Of a DNA stretch of 64,000 bases, positions 40,045-51,817 are shown in pieces. The stretch comes from Synechococcus sp. GTDB lineage: Bacteria; Cyanobacteriota; Cyanobacteriia; PCC-6307; Cyanobiaceae. A program made the position numbers and the translations under genes. Within the stretch, counting starts at the first letter, position 1. Each line of letters begins with the position of its first letter. The stretch lies in NCBI GenBank assembly GCA_047284725.1, contig JBJBEO010000001.1, forward strand, positions 2,360,203-2,424,202. The letters are read 5' to 3'. Under the pieces are notes generated by a model. The model was not told where the DNA came from, ran no database searches, and saw only the letters and a program-made list of their open reading frames with translations.

Positions 40045-42897
40045 TTAGACGTTGGTGGTCTGCTGTGCAGCAGATGGCGCTGGCTGGAACATGAACATCG
40101 AATAGATCACGTTGCGGCGCATGTTGGTCATCATCTCGAGGAACATGTCGTAACCCTCGTTCTTGTATTCGATCAAAGGGTCTTTCTGGCCATAGCCACG
40201 CAGGCCCACCGATTCACGCAGGGCATCCATCGCCTGCAAATGCTCCCGCCAGAGCGTGTCGATCTGCTGAAGGATGAAGAAGCGCTCGGCCTCACGCATC
40301 AGGCCAGGACGGTCCTGCTCGATCTGACCCTCCTTGAGGTCATAGGCATTGCGCAGCTGCTCCTGCAGGAAAGCCTTGAGGTCATCCATCGAGAGGCCGT
40401 TGAGCTGCTCTGGCTCTAGATCATCGAGGAGATACACAAACTCCTTGACCTTGCTCACCAGCTGACCGAGATCCCACTCTTCCGGGGGCAGATCGGGATT
40501 CACATAGGCCTCGACGATCTCGTTCATGGTGCGTTCGCCGTAGCCGATCACCTGCTTCTTCAGCTCGCGGCCTTCCAGCACGCGGCGGCGCTCGGAATAC
40601 ACCGCACGACGCTGGTTGTTCATCACTTCGTCGTACTCGAACACCTGCTTGCGGATGTCGTAGTAGTACGTCTCCACCTTTTTCTGAGCACCCTCCAGAG
40701 AGCGGGTGAGCATGCCCGACTCGATCGGCATGTCTTCCTCAACGCGGAAAGCATTCATCAAGCCGGCAACGCGATCACCACCGAAGATGCGCAGAAGGTT
40801 GTCGCCCAGCGAAAGGAAGAAGCGCGTGGATCCCGGATCTCCCTGGCGCCCAGCACGGCCGCGCAGCTGATTGTCGACGCGGCGGGATTCGTGCCGTTCC
40901 GTACCGATCACATGCAGGCCCCCCGCTTCCCGCACACGCGCCTCCTCCTGCTTCACCACCACGTCGTATTCAGCCCTGACGCGAGCAATCGCAGCTCGCA
41001 GAGAACCAATCTGGGCATCCTCGGTTGGAGCCTTCTCGGCTGCAGTGGCAATCCTGTCTTCCAGCTCAATCACAGAGAGGGCCCGGTCGCCCCAGGTCTT
41101 CACAAGATCACGCGCCAGATCCGCCAGGGATTGATCGGTGTCCTCGCTGAGCTGACAGGGATAAAGGCTGCCGATTGCCCGGGCTTCGCTGGGAGCCGCC
41201 CCATGGGGACCCGACGACGGCGCCGCTTTGGCGGCAAACCCGGAAGCTTCGCCACTCCGTTGTAGGGGAACGGGAGGACGATGACCCTCCTCTGGCTTGA
41301 CGAGACGCGGCAGCAGCACCTCACGCAACTTGAGACGCGCCATGTAATCGCTGTTGCCACCCAAGATGATGTCGGTCCCGCGACCGGCCATGTTGGTCGC
41401 AATGGTGACCGCACCGGAGCGACCCGCCTGGGCGACGATCTCAGCTTCCCGCTCCACATTTTCGGGCTTGGCGTTGAGCAGGTTGTGGGGGATCGACTCC
41501 TCCGCCAGCAAGGTGCTGAGCAATTCGCTCTTCTCGACGCTGGTGGTGCCCACCAACACCGGACGCCCGTCGCGGTGAATATCGGCGGTCTCCTTGGCCA
41601 CTGCGCGCCACTTGGCCGTTTCAGTCTTGTACACCTGATCAGCCAGGTCACGGCGCGCCCGGACCCGGTTGGTGGGAACAATCGTGGTTTCGAGCTTGTA
41701 GGTCTTCTCGAATTCCACCTCCTCGGTTTTAGCCGTACCGGTCATACCGGCAAGACGTGGATACAGCAGGAAGAAGTTCTGATAAGTGATTGAGGCCAGT
41801 GTCTGGGTTTCAGGCTGGATTGGCAGGCTTTCCTTGGCTTCGATGGCCTGGTGCTGACCATCACTCCAGCGGCGACCGGGCATCACCCGACCAGTGAACT
41901 CATCCACGATCACAGCCTCACCATCGCGAACGATGTAATTCACATCGCGCACGAACAGTTCCTTGGCCTTGAGGGCATTGGTGATGTAGTGGGCCCAGGG
42001 ATCCTGGGGGTCGTAGAGATCCGAGACACCGAGCAGCTTCTCAGCCTTCGCAAAGCCGTCATCCGTGAGGGTGCAGCTGCGCTGCTTTTCATCCACCTCG
42101 TAGTCCCCTTCAGGATCAATGCCGTCTTTGCCCATCTCAGCGGCCCGCTCCAGAGTCTCAGCCACCTCGGATGCCTGCTGATACTTCTCCTGCGGGCGCT
42201 CCACCTGACCAGAAATGATCAGTGGGGTGCGGGCCTCATCGATCAGGATCGAATCCACCTCATCGATCACGCAGTACTGGAACTCCCGCTGCACGACCTC
42301 GCTGATGTCGTTCGCCATGTTGTCGCGGAGGTAATCAAACCCCAGCTCCGAATTGGTGGCGTAGGTGATGTCGCAACCGTAGTTGCGACGACGGGTGGCG
42401 GGATCCATGTCCTGCTGGATCAGACCCACCGACAACCCCAGGAAACGGTGCACCTGACCCATCCACTCGGCATCCCTGCGCGCGAGATAGTCGTTGACGG
42501 TGACCACGTGCACGCCGCGACCAGTAAGAGCGTTGAGGTAACTGGGCAGAGTGGCAACAAGGGTTTTGCCCTCACCCGTTTTCATTTCGGCGATCTGCCC
42601 CTCGTGCAGCACCATGCCGCCGATCATCTGCACGTCGAAATGGCGCATGCCGAGGACGCGTTTGCCGGCTTCACGCACCACGGCAAATGCTTCTGGCAGC
42701 AGTTCGTCGAGCAAGGGTCTCTGTTTCTCCAGCGGACCTGCCTTCTCAAGACGCTGGCGGAAGTCGGCGGTGCGACGGCGCAGGTCGTCGTCGCTGAGAG
42801 GAGCAATCTCCTCCTCCAGCAGATTGATGTCCGACACGATCGGCTGGTAACGCTTCAGCTTGCGGGCATTGGGGTCACCCAGCAGGAGCTTGAGCAT
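40045..42897 (-). CDS. secA: Preprotein translocase subunit SecA
   Basis: [46 protein letters not shown] and [13 protein letters not shown]. Confidence 0.99.
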   Translation of the reverse strand: MLKLLLGDPNARKLKRYQPIVSDINLLEEEIAPLSDDDLRRRTADFRQRLEKAGPLEKQRPLLDELLPEAFAVVREAGKRVLGMRHFDVQMIGGMVLHEGQIAEMKTGEGKTLVATLPSYLNALTGRGVHVVTVNDYLARRDAEWMGQVHRFLGLSVGLIQQDMDPATRRRNYGCDITYATNSELGFDYLRDNMANDISEVVQREFQYCVIDEVDSILIDEARTPLIISGQVERPQEKYQQASEVAETLERAAEMGKDGIDPEGDYEVDEKQRSCTLTDDGFAKAEKLLGVSDLYDPQDPWAHYITNALKAKELFVRDVNYIVRDGEAVIVDEFTGRVMPGRRWSDGQHQAIEAKESLPIQPETQTLASITYQNFFLLYPRLAGMTGTAKTEEVEFEKTYKLETTIVPTNRVRARRDLADQVYKTETAKWRAVAKETADIHRDGRPVLVGTTSVEKSELLSTLLAEESIPHNLLNAKPENVEREAEIVAQAGRSGAVTIATNMAGRGTDIILGGNSDYMARLKLREVLLPRLVKPEEGHRPPVPLQRSGEASGFAAKAAPSSGPHGAAPSEARAIGSLYPCQLSEDTDQSLADLARDLVKTWGDRALSVIELEDRIATAAEKAPTEDAQIGSLRAAIARVRAEYDVVVKQEEARVREAGGLHVIGTERHESRRVDNQLRGRAGRQGDPGSTRFFLSLGDNLLRIFGGDRVAGLMNAFRVEEDMPIESGMLTRSLEGAQKKVETYYYDIRKQVFEYDEVMNNQRRAVYSERRRVLEGRELKKQVIGYGERTMNEIVEAYVNPDLPPEEWDLGQLVSKVKEFVYLLDDLEPEQLNGLSMDDLKAFLQEQLRNAYDLKEGQIEQDRPGLMREAERFFILQQIDTLWREHLQAMDALRESVGLRGYGQKDPLIEYKNEGYDMFLEMMTNMRRNVIYSMFMFQPAPSAAQQTTNV

Positions 42898-43098
42898 GGA
42901 AGCAGCGGATCATCTGGAGGCCAGCCTACTGAGAACAGGCAAACGTCCTGCCAGATCGGCGCAACCGACGCACGGCCAATCAAAACGACTCGATCCGACC
43001 GAGCCAGCACCACTCGATGCTGCTCCAAGTCTCCGAGATGACGACCCATGCCCCCGAGGGAACGCAGGGAAGGATGATGAAGACCGAGCCTCATTGCC

Positions 43099-43554
43099 AT
43101 GGCACGCATCCGCCTGGTTGAACACGCCCGGGGAGCCCCCGGAATGCGCTGGTTAGGCCTGGGCCCGGGGTACCGGCCCAGCCGCAGCCTGCTCAAGCTG
43201 CGTCGTTTATTCCAGAAACATGCGTTCTGGGCTGAGAACCGCAGCAACAGCGACCTCAAGCGCATGCTGGCGGGCAGCACTGTGGTGGTGAGCCTCTGGC
43301 GGGGAAAACGTTTAGTGGGGTTCGGCCGCGCCCACAGCGATGGCATTCACCGTGCCGTGCTCTGGGACATCGTGGTAGCAGGCGACCTGCAAGGCAAGGG
43401 ACTGGGCCGCCGCGTGGTGGAAGCTTTGCTGGCAGCTCCTTCGATTCGCAATGTGGAACGGGTTTATCTGATGACCACAAATAGTGCCGGTTTCTACAAA
43501 CAACTCGGCTTTTTTGACGCTGTTCCTCAGCAACTGCTGATCAGGAAGCAATAA
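43099..43554 (+). CDS. GNAT family N-acetyltransferase
   Basis: LVGFGRA, acetyl-CoA motif QGKGLG and FYKQLGF. Confidence 0.88.
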   Translation: MARIRLVEHARGAPGMRWLGLGPGYRPSRSLLKLRRLFQKHAFWAENRSNSDLKRMLAGSTVVVSLWRGKRLVGFGRAHSDGIHRAVLWDIVVAGDLQGKGLGRRVVEALLAAPSIRNVERVYLMTTNSAGFYKQLGFFDAVPQQLLIRKQ

Positions 43555-43557
43555 GAA

Positions 43558-43629
43558 AGCGGATGAAGAGATTCGAACTCTCGACCCTCTCCTTGGCAAG
43601 GAGATGCTCTACCACTGAGCTACATCCGC
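43558..43629 (-). tRNA. tRNA-Gly (GCC)
   Basis: Minus strand GCGGATGTAGCTCAGTGGTAGAGCATCTCCTTGCCAAGGAGAGGGTCGAGAGTTCGAATCTCTTCATCCGCT folds as a cloverleaf with anticodon GCC; CCA not encoded. Confidence 0.97.
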
Positions 43630-43696
43630 AAGTCGGCCGTGAGGATGTGTCCCTCGCGACCAGGAAAGCATGCACTAACGGGGTGCCCTCAGTCAA

Positions 43697-44173
43697 TCAA
43701 CCGATCGCTTTCATCAAGGAGCCCATCTCGAGGGCCTCGAGGCCGTAACTCCAGCCCAGGTTGTTCTTAATCCCCGCCCGTTCAAGAGCCTGCTGCATCG
43801 TGTCGGTCGTCAGCACGCCGAAAATCACAGGAACACCAGTGTCCCGCGAAACCGAGGCCACGCCTTTACTTGCTTCTGCCACCACCACGTCGAAGTGAGG
43901 AGTGTCACCACGAATCACTGCACCCAGCGTGATCAGCACGTCATAGCGACCGGTGCGAGCCATGGTTTGGGCCACCAGCGGCAACTCAAACGATCCCGGC
44001 ACCCAGGCCACATCCAACTGAGCACTGGTCGCGGAGGCATCGACGCCGTGTCGCGAGAGGCAATCCAGACAGCCACTCAACAGCTTGCTGGTGACCAGAT
44101 CGTTAAAACGAGCCACAACCACCCCGATACGCAAACCCTGCGCATCAGTAAAACGCCCTTCAAACGTGGCCAT
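43697..44173 (-). CDS. ribH: 6,7-dimethyl-8-ribityllumazine synthase
   Basis: [30 protein letters not shown] and QALERAG. Confidence 0.97.
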   Translation of the reverse strand: MATFEGRFTDAQGLRIGVVVARFNDLVTSKLLSGCLDCLSRHGVDASATSAQLDVAWVPGSFELPLVAQTMARTGRYDVLITLGAVIRGDTPHFDVVVAEASKGVASVSRDTGVPVIFGVLTTDTMQQALERAGIKNNLGWSYGLEALEMGSLMKAIG

Positions 44174-44268
44174 GACACCAGCTGACACTGACCTAATGCT
44201 CCCACTCGGGGGAGATCACCATGGAATCAGGTCAGACAGCGCGGAACAATCGACGATCTGGGAGAGGT

Positions 44269-44457
44269 TCAGACCACGAAAAAGCTGACACCCCAGTTGA
44301 GCAGCACCAAGGCAACCCAAGCGATGCCGCCAAGAAGGATCAAACGATTGGAGCGGCCGCTGTCCTCACTGGAGGCGTACAGCACAGGCACAGCCACAAT
44401 CAGGGCAAACGACATCACCACCAGGGCCAGAACGGTGAGGGTGTTGAGGATCTGCAT
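44269..44457 (-). CDS. psbZ: Photosystem II protein Z
   Basis: 62 aa, two TM helices: [29 protein letters not shown]...WVALVLLN. Confidence 0.92.
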   Translation of the reverse strand: MQILNTLTVLALVVMSFALIVAVPVLYASSEDSGRSNRLILLGGIAWVALVLLNWGVSFFVV

Positions 44458-44600
44458 GGATTCAGTCGACGCCAGGTCGGTGGTGGGAATTCTCACACGT
44501 TGGGGCCGAAGGATCCGGACAAGGCCCCGGCAACCTTTACAGCTTGTGGTGAAGCTCGCGCAACGAGCCCCTTACGATCGTCCCCCCGCCAGCGCCCTCC

Positions 44601-47381
44601 GTGCCTCAAATGGACCTGGCCCTGCAGGGCAATCTGTTCGGTGAGCCGGACGTTGCCGCCTCAGGAAGCAGCAGCAACGTCTCCAGCAGCGCCACGAGTA
44701 GCGGAGGCACTGCTGCATCGGATGCCGAGCTCAACGACGACACCCTCGCGGCCGATGCGGCCGCCCGCCCCCGGAATCGCTCCAAAACTGGAGGTCATCC
44801 CGAACAGGACAACTCTTCCGAGGAGAGCAACCCATCAGACCAGAACCGCAACGCTGACACCGAGGACGACCTGCCCGCCTGGAGCCATCACGGCCTGGTG
44901 GATCCGGCCCAGCTGACGCCGATGCTGCGCCATTACGTGGAACTCAAGGCGGCCCACCCCGAGCGGGTGCTGCTCTATCGCCTCGGCGATTTCTTCGAGT
45001 GCTTTTTCGAAGACGCGATCGAGCTCTCCCGTCTGCTGGAACTGACCCTCACCGGCAAGGAGGGGGGCAAGGCCATCGGTCGGGTGCCCATGGCCGGCAT
45101 TCCTCACCATGCGGCGGAGCGCTATTGCGCTGATCTGATTCGAAAAGGGCGCAGCGTGGCGCTCTGCGACCAACTGGAGGCGGCTCCAGCCAAAGGGAGC
45201 GCCAAGGGAACCCTGCTCAAACGCGACATCACCCGCGTGCTGACACCGGGCACTGTGCTGGAGGAGGGCATGCTCAGTGCCCGCCGCAACAACTGGCTGG
45301 CTGCCGTGATGGTGGAGCCGGCCCAGGGCAAACAACCGTTTCGCTGGGGCCTGGCCAGCGCTGATGTGAGCACAGGCGAGCTGGTGCTGCAACAACAGGA
45401 AGGCAGCGGCAGTCTGCATCAGGAGCTGGCGCGGCTGGAGGCGGCCGAAGTGATCTGGGGGCCGGGCCCTGACCCGAGCCAACAGGTGAACGCCGGCACC
45501 AGGCCGGCCTGGTGCCCGGACCACCTGCAGCTCACGGCCATGGCCAGCACCCCCTTCAGTCGGCCGGAAGCCGAACAGGCACTGCTGACCCACTACCGGC
45601 TGGGCAGCATCGATGGCCTGGGGCTCCAGGCCCACCCCCTGGCGCTGCGGGCCGCCGGCGGCCTGCTGGCCTACCTGCAAGACACCCGCCCCCTCGAAGA
45701 CGACGGCCTCAACGCTCCCCCTCTGGAGCGACCGAAGCTGCGCTTCAGCGGTGATGCTCTGGTGCTGGATGCCCAGACCCGCCGCAACCTGGAACTGACC
45801 ACCACCCAACGGGATGGACAGTTCCAGGGTTCCCTGCTCTGGGCCATCGACCGCACCCTCACCGCCATGGGCGGTCGATGTCTGCGCTGCTGGCTGGAGG
45901 CTCCTCTGATGCAGCCCGGGACCATCCGCCAACGGCAGGTCGCCGTGAGCTGTCTGGTGCAGAGCCGTCCCCTGCGCCAGGCGCTCCGGCGTCTGCTGCG
46001 GCCCATGGGCGACCTGGAACGGCTGGCGGGACGCGCGGGAGCCGGACAGGCTGGAGCCCGCGATCTGGTGGCGATCGCCGATGGCCTGGAACGCCTGCCC
46101 CAACTGGCCTCGCTGATCAGCGGCCGATTCAACGAGGGCCCGGACTGGCTGCAGGATCTTCTGAACCCATCTCCTGCTCTGCAGGAGATGGCCGGCCAGG
46201 TGCGCCACCAGCTGCTCGACAGCCCCCCCCTCAGCCTCAGCGAAGGGGGCCTGATCCATGACGGCGTCGATCCGCTGCTCGATGGACTTCGCAACCAACT
46301 TGATGACCAAGACAGCTGGCTTGCCGAACAGGAACAGCGCGAACGCCAACTGAGCGGCAACAGCAATCTGCGCCTGCAGTACCACCGCACCTTCGGCTAC
46401 TTCCTCTCCGTGAGCCGGGCCAAATCCACCGCTGTGCCCGACCACTGGATCCGACGCCAAACCCTGGCCAACGAAGAGCGTTTCATCACCCCAGACCTGA
46501 AGGCCCGCGAAGGCACGATTTTTCAGCTCAGAGCACGGGCGGCTCAACGGGAATACGAGCTGTTCTGTCAGCTGCGTGAGCAAGTGGGCGAGCAGGCCGA
46601 AGCGATCCGACGGGCCGCCAGAGCGGTGGCCGGCCTGGATGCCCTCGGCAGCCTGGCGGATGTGGCAGCCACCGAACGCTGGTGCGCCCCGGAGATCAAC
46701 GACAGCCGCCACCTCTGCGTGGAAGGGGGTCGTCATCCGGTGGTGGAGCAGCTGCTTGTGGAGGAACCGTTCACCCCCAATGACGTGCAGCTCGGCGCTG
46801 AGACCGACCTGGTGGTGCTGACCGGTCCGAACGCCAGTGGCAAGAGCTGCTATCTGCGTCAAATCGGCCTGATTCAACTGCTCGCCCAGGTGGGAGGTTG
46901 GGTACCAGCCACCGCCGCCAAGATCGGTGTCGCTGATCGGATCTTCACCCGGGTCGGTGCCGTCGACGACCTGGCGGCAGGCCAGTCCACCTTCATGGTG
47001 GAAATGGCGGAAACCGCCAACATCCTTCACCACGCCAGTGATCGATCCCTGGTGTTGCTGGATGAAATCGGTCGGGGAACCGCCACCTTTGACGGCCTCT
47101 CAATCGCCTGGGCCGTCAGCGAACACCTCGCCAGCGACCTCCAAGCCCGCACCGTGTTCGCTACCCACTATCACGAGCTCAACGCCCTGGCGGACCAGCG
47201 CCCCAATGTGGCGAACTTCCAGGTGCTGGTGGAGGAAACCGGCGACGACCTGCTGTTTCTGCACCGAGTCGCCCCTGGCGGTGCCAGTCGCAGCTATGGC
47301 ATTGAGGCCGCCCGACTCGCTGGCGTCCCCTCGCCAGTGGTGCAGCGTGCCCAACAGGTGTTGGATCGCCTGGCGGCCTGA
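44601..47381 (+). CDS. mutS: DNA mismatch repair protein MutS
   Basis: [45 protein letters not shown] and [11 protein letters not shown]; start may be ATG at 44610. Confidence 0.98.
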   Translation: MPQMDLALQGNLFGEPDVAASGSSSNVSSSATSSGGTAASDAELNDDTLAADAAARPRNRSKTGGHPEQDNSSEESNPSDQNRNADTEDDLPAWSHHGLVDPAQLTPMLRHYVELKAAHPERVLLYRLGDFFECFFEDAIELSRLLELTLTGKEGGKAIGRVPMAGIPHHAAERYCADLIRKGRSVALCDQLEAAPAKGSAKGTLLKRDITRVLTPGTVLEEGMLSARRNNWLAAVMVEPAQGKQPFRWGLASADVSTGELVLQQQEGSGSLHQELARLEAAEVIWGPGPDPSQQVNAGTRPAWCPDHLQLTAMASTPFSRPEAEQALLTHYRLGSIDGLGLQAHPLALRAAGGLLAYLQDTRPLEDDGLNAPPLERPKLRFSGDALVLDAQTRRNLELTTTQRDGQFQGSLLWAIDRTLTAMGGRCLRCWLEAPLMQPGTIRQRQVAVSCLVQSRPLRQALRRLLRPMGDLERLAGRAGAGQAGARDLVAIADGLERLPQLASLISGRFNEGPDWLQDLLNPSPALQEMAGQVRHQLLDSPPLSLSEGGLIHDGVDPLLDGLRNQLDDQDSWLAEQEQRERQLSGNSNLRLQYHRTFGYFLSVSRAKSTAVPDHWIRRQTLANEERFITPDLKAREGTIFQLRARAAQREYELFCQLREQVGEQAEAIRRAARAVAGLDALGSLADVAATERWCAPEINDSRHLCVEGGRHPVVEQLLVEEPFTPNDVQLGAETDLVVLTGPNASGKSCYLRQIGLIQLLAQVGGWVPATAAKIGVADRIFTRVGAVDDLAAGQSTFMVEMAETANILHHASDRSLVLLDEIGRGTATFDGLSIAWAVSEHLASDLQARTVFATHYHELNALADQRPNVANFQVLVEETGDDLLFLHRVAPGGASRSYGIEAARLAGVPSPVVQRAQQVLDRLAA

Positions 47382-47388
47382 GGCAGGA

Positions 47389-48096
47389 CTAAAGCGTGGC
47401 CGCCCGCAACAGGGCATTGCAGGCCGCAGCGACCAGCCCCGCACCACCTCGGGTTCCTTCGAGCCGGATCTGCGCCAGCGTCGTGGTCGCCAGCCGGCGT
47501 TTACTTTCCGGCACACCCACAAATCCCACCGGCATGCCAATGACAAGGCTCGGAGCCATGGCACCAGCCTCCACCAGGTCAAGAAGCACCTCCAGGGCCG
47601 TGGGAGCACTCCCGACCAGCACCACCGGGGGCGGCACCCCTTGGCTCTGGGCGCGATCGATGAGCGCTCCCCAGCAACGTTGCATGGCAGCAGCCGAGCG
47701 GGTGGAGCCGGGAGGTGACTGCTCCGGCGCCCAATCGAGCAAGGAACACACCCCATTCCCCCCGGTGCGCCGAGCCATCGGCGCCACCGCCGCGGCCGCC
47801 ATCGCCGTATCGGTAAGGATCACCGCTCCAGCCTGAAGCGCCGTGAGTCCCTGATCGCAGGCCCCGGCACTGAAGCGAAGCAGCGGCACCAGAGAAGGAT
47901 CACCACTGCTGTGCACCAAGCGCTCCAAGACCTGTTGCTGCAAGGGATCGAGACCGGTCTCCCCCAGGAGCAAACGGATGCGGCGGATGCTCTCGGTAAA
48001 GATCGGATGGTCACTGACAACCTCGCGGGTCACAGGGGTTGGCGGCAGGGGGCAGACTTCAGCATCCACCGTGGTCGGTCTGCCATGCCCGTGCAC
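47389..48096 (-). CDS. cobH: Precorrin-8X/cobalt-precorrin-8 methylmutase (true start probably further downstream)
   Basis: RLVHSSGD, TRSAAAM, VGSAPTAL, GMPVGFVG, ESK and GTRGG. Confidence 0.92.
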   Translation of the reverse strand: MHGHGRPTTVDAEVCPLPPTPVTREVVSDHPIFTESIRRIRLLLGETGLDPLQQQVLERLVHSSGDPSLVPLLRFSAGACDQGLTALQAGAVILTDTAMAAAAVAPMARRTGGNGVCSLLDWAPEQSPPGSTRSAAAMQRCWGALIDRAQSQGVPPPVVLVGSAPTALEVLLDLVEAGAMAPSLVIGMPVGFVGVPESKRRLATTTLAQIRLEGTRGGAGLVAAACNALLRAATL

Positions 48097-49089
48097 CTGA
48101 TCTGGGGTGATGACAGTGCTGCCGTCGAACGGGCCATCACCAGGTTGATCGAAGCGGTGGTGGATCCCACCTGGAGCAGCATCAATCTCAGCCGACTGGA
48201 CGGCTCCGAAAGCAACCAGGCCCTTCAGGCTCTCGAGGAAGCACGCACGCCACCGTTCGGTGGTGGCGATCGACTGGTGTTGCTCCAGCGCTCACCCTTC
48301 TGCAACGCCTGCCCAAGCGACCTGGCGGATCGGTTCGATGCGGCCCTTGAACTCATTCCAGCCAACAGCCATCTGGTGCTTTGCAACCCCTCCAAACCGG
48401 ATGGGCGCCTGCGCACCACCAAAGCCCTGCAGAAACGCATTAAGGCAAAGCTTGCTGCCGAACAAAACTTTCAGCTGCCGGCGGTGTGGGATGGAGCCGG
48501 ACAACGTCAACTGGTGGAACGCACCGCCAGCGATCTCGGCCTTGAGATCGAGTCCGCTGCTGTCGATGCCCTGATCGATGCGATCGGCAATGACAGTGCC
48601 CGCCTCAGCGCGGAATTGCAGAAACTCGCCCTGCATGCCGCCAGCCGCGGTCGGACAGGGATCACCGCCGAAGCGGTGCTGACCCTGATCGAGGGTCAGG
48701 CCGCCAATGCCCTGCAGGTGGGCGACGCACTGCTGGAAGGCCAGATCGGGGATGCGATCAGCCGCCTCGATGCGCTGATGGATGCAGGAGAACCGGCACT
48801 CCGGATCGTTGCCACGCTCACAGGGCAAATCCGCGGTTGGCTGTGGGTGAGCCTGATGGACCAGCAAGGAGAACGGGACGTGGCCGTGATCGCCAAGGCG
48901 GCGGGCATCGGCAACCCCAAACGGATCTACGTGATGCGCAAGCAACTGCAAGGAAGGCCTCCCACGCGCTGCCTCAAGCTGCTGAGCCGCCTGCTCGAGG
49001 TGGAGGCCGCCCTCAAGCGCGGAGCCCAGCCGGGGGCAGCCTTCCGGGACGGGCTGCTCGGTGGGAGGCCACTCGGGGAAGCCCAGTGA
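48085..49089 (+). CDS. holA: DNA polymerase III subunit delta
   Basis: MPVHLIWGDD, TPPFGGGDRLV, KPDGR and ELQKL; typical cyanobacterial HolA. Confidence 0.9.
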   Translation: MPVHLIWGDDSAAVERAITRLIEAVVDPTWSSINLSRLDGSESNQALQALEEARTPPFGGGDRLVLLQRSPFCNACPSDLADRFDAALELIPANSHLVLCNPSKPDGRLRTTKALQKRIKAKLAAEQNFQLPAVWDGAGQRQLVERTASDLGLEIESAAVDALIDAIGNDSARLSAELQKLALHAASRGRTGITAEAVLTLIEGQAANALQVGDALLEGQIGDAISRLDALMDAGEPALRIVATLTGQIRGWLWVSLMDQQGERDVAVIAKAAGIGNPKRIYVMRKQLQGRPPTRCLKLLSRLLEVEAALKRGAQPGAAFRDGLLGGRPLGEAQ

Positions 49090-49119
49090 GACAATCTCCA
49101 GCGGTATCGAAACGGCGGC

Positions 49120-50922
49120 ATGGCCCTGCTGGTGCAGAAATTCGGCGGCACCTCCGTCGCTGATGTGGAGCGCATCCAGGCGGTGGCCCGTCGCATTGCC
49201 GCCAGCAAGGAAGAGGGGCACGACCTGGTGATCGTGGTGTCGGCGATGGGCCACACCACCGATGAGCTCACCGGCAAGGCGCGGGCCATCAGCAGCAACC
49301 CACCCCAGCGGGAGATGGACATGCTGCTCGCCACTGGCGAGCAGGTGTCGATCGCTCTGTTGTCGATGGCCCTCAACGCCTTAGGCATTCCAGCGGTGTC
49401 GATGACCGGTCCCCAGGTGGGGATCGTGACGGAATCGGCCCACGGCAGAGCCCGCATCCTGGAAGTGCGCACTGATCGCCTGCGGAACCGCCTCGATGAG
49501 GGGCAGGTGGTGGTGGTCGCTGGCTTCCAGGGCACCAGCCAGAGCAGCGGCGGCACGGCCGAAATCACCACCCTCGGACGGGGTGGATCCGACACCTCCG
49601 CTGTGGCCCTGGCAGCAGCCCTCAACGCCGATGCCTGTGAGATTTACACCGATGTACCTGGCGTGCTCACCACCGACCCCCGCAAGGTGGCGGATGCCCA
49701 GTTGATGCAGCAGGTGAGTTGCAATGAAATGCTCGAGCTGGCCAGCCTCGGTGCGGCCGTGCTGCACCCCCGGGCCGTGGAGATCGCCCGCAACTACGGC
49801 GTCACCTTGGTGGTGCGTTCCAGCTGGAGCGAAGAACCCGGCACCACCCTCACCAGTCGCAGCGCCAGGCCCATCGGCCGGGAGGGTCTTGAACTGGGGC
49901 GGCCGGTGGACGGTACCGACCTAGTGGAGCATCAGGCCGTGCTGGCGCTGTCTCACGTTCCCGACCAGCCCGGGGTCGCGGCAGAGCTGTTCGAGGCCCT
50001 CTCCGCCGATGGAGTGAATGTTGATCTGATCATCCAGGCCACCCATGAAGGCAGCAGCAACGACATCACCTTCACCGTTGCGGAAGCCGATCTCACCAAA
50101 GCCCGCGGCATTTGTACCGGACTGCTGGATCGCTGGGGCGGTCACCTGGTGGCCGAAGGCGGCATGAGCAAGCTGAGCATCAGCGGCGCCGGCATCATGG
50201 GGCGCCCTGGCATTGCTGCCAGCCTGTTCGACACCCTCTCGCGGGCGGGCATCAACCTGCGTTTGATCGCTACCAGTGAAGTGAAGGTGAGCTGCGTGAT
50301 CGATGCGGAATTCGGTGGCAAAGCCCTACGGGCCGTGAGCCAGGCCTTCGAATTGGATGACCATCAAGTGCACCTCAACCCGCCGGCTTCCGGCGAAGGC
50401 GAACCAGAGGTGCGAGGCATCGCTCTCGACCGTGACCAGGCCCAGATGAGCGTGCGCCATGTGCCCAACAAGCCCGGTACCGCGGCCACCCTCTGCACCA
50501 CGCTGGCGGATGCAGGCATCAGTCTCGACGCGATCATGCAGTCGGAACGGGAGCATGCCGACGGCAGCCGCGACATCAGCTTCACCCTGAAACGGAACGA
50601 CCGCAGCCGAGCTGATCAGGCTCTGGCACCGCTGCTGGCCCAGTGGCCCGGGGCCCAGCTGGAAGACGGACCCGCCATCGCCCGAGTGAGCGCCGTTGGT
50701 GCCGGCATGCCAGCGACTGCTGGCACGGCAGGGCGCATGTTCCGCTATCTCGCCGATGCTGGCCTCAACATCGAGATGATCGCCACCAGCGAGATCCGCA
50801 CCAGCTGCGTGGTGGCCGAAACCGACGGCATTGCAGCCCTGAAAGCGGTGCATGATGGCTTTGGTCTGGGTGGCAGCACCATCCACCAGGCCGAGGGCAC
50901 CGAATCACCGCTGGAAGTCTGA
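49120..50922 (+). CDS. lysC: Aspartate kinase with ACT repeats
   Basis: VQKFGGTSV, VVSAMG, TLGRGGSDTSA, YTDVPG and repeated ACT domains. Confidence 0.97.
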   Translation: MALLVQKFGGTSVADVERIQAVARRIAASKEEGHDLVIVVSAMGHTTDELTGKARAISSNPPQREMDMLLATGEQVSIALLSMALNALGIPAVSMTGPQVGIVTESAHGRARILEVRTDRLRNRLDEGQVVVVAGFQGTSQSSGGTAEITTLGRGGSDTSAVALAAALNADACEIYTDVPGVLTTDPRKVADAQLMQQVSCNEMLELASLGAAVLHPRAVEIARNYGVTLVVRSSWSEEPGTTLTSRSARPIGREGLELGRPVDGTDLVEHQAVLALSHVPDQPGVAAELFEALSADGVNVDLIIQATHEGSSNDITFTVAEADLTKARGICTGLLDRWGGHLVAEGGMSKLSISGAGIMGRPGIAASLFDTLSRAGINLRLIATSEVKVSCVIDAEFGGKALRAVSQAFELDDHQVHLNPPASGEGEPEVRGIALDRDQAQMSVRHVPNKPGTAATLCTTLADAGISLDAIMQSEREHADGSRDISFTLKRNDRSRADQALAPLLAQWPGAQLEDGPAIARVSAVGAGMPATAGTAGRMFRYLADAGLNIEMIATSEIRTSCVVAETDGIAALKAVHDGFGLGGSTIHQAEGTESPLEV

Positions 50923-50930
50923 GGGCCGGA

Positions 50931-51794
50931 TCAGGCCTGCGGTTGTCCTAGCCGTCGCAGCACCATCCACGTGGAGTGGTAATCCAGCTCAGACGCCCCG
51001 GCGCTGAGCTGCGCGTCCAAACAGCGACACAGCCTCGCCAGCTCCCTGTGGGAATACCGGGAGCGAGCCGAACGAACACCGATGCGTGTGAAATGACGCA
51101 AATAGTCGAGGGCCGACGCCACCGGAACCCCGTTGGGAAAAGAGCCACTGGCCACCCACTCAAAGCAATCGGACAAGATGCTCCGTGAGGCCGCACCGAT
51201 CAGTTGATCTGAGGTAGGTGGGGCCAGCAGATGGGAGGGGAGGTCGGCCGTGGCCAGAGCAGCGCGGAGCACCGCAAAACTGCGGGCATCCGGCACGGCT
51301 ACAGCCAACCAATCACCTGGCCGCAGCAAGCGTGCCCAGACGGTCTTCAGCACCTCCAGGGGCGCGGTGCTCCACTGCAATGCGTAGTTCGACAACAGCA
51401 CCAGGGGTGCATCCACCACGAGGGGCTCCAACGACTCAATCGCCGCATCCGCGAAGCCATCCACCACCACTCCCTTGACCGCGGACTGGAGCAGGGCCTG
51501 CCGGGCCTGCAAGCGCTGCATGGCCCGCTCCACCATCTCTGGCGCCTGATCCACCAGCAGTAGCTGCCGAGGGGGACGTTGATGCTGTGCCTCCAGCTGG
51601 TCCAGCCAGGCCGCTGCGACCACACCGGTGCCACAGCCCAGATCAATCACTCCAACCGGGAGCTCGCTGCCATCGGATCCACAAGTCGCGCTGATCAACC
51701 GCCAAGTCTCCGACACCAGCCGCATCGCCGCCAGCCGCTGGGGAAGGGCCGCAGCGTCGTAGGTGGTGGCAGCAGCGCCGAACGACGAAGTCAA
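50931..51794 (-). CDS. SAM-dependent methyltransferase, BioC-like
   Basis: SFGAAATTYD...Q, motif I DLGCGTG, SNYALQW and LRPG resemble malonyl-ACP methyltransferase BioC. Confidence 0.7.
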   Translation of the reverse strand: MTSSFGAAATTYDAAALPQRLAAMRLVSETWRLISATCGSDGSELPVGVIDLGCGTGVVAAAWLDQLEAQHQRPPRQLLLVDQAPEMVERAMQRLQARQALLQSAVKGVVVDGFADAAIESLEPLVVDAPLVLLSNYALQWSTAPLEVLKTVWARLLRPGDWLAVAVPDARSFAVLRAALATADLPSHLLAPPTSDQLIGAASRSILSDCFEWVASGSFPNGVPVASALDYLRHFTRIGVRSARSRYSHRELARLCRCLDAQLSAGASELDYHSTWMVLRRLGQPQA

Positions 51795-51817
51795 GACAAG
51801 GCAATCAAGAGGACGGA

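Noticed and set aside
41851..43041. 396-aa plus-strand ORF
   Set aside because: Antisense shadow of secA with no recognisable motifs.
43558..43629. tRNA-Gly as a possible island integration site
   Set aside because: Flanked by ordinary genes; I saw no integrase and no duplicated tRNA 3' end.
44835..47033. 732-aa minus-strand ORF
   Set aside because: Antisense shadow of mutS.
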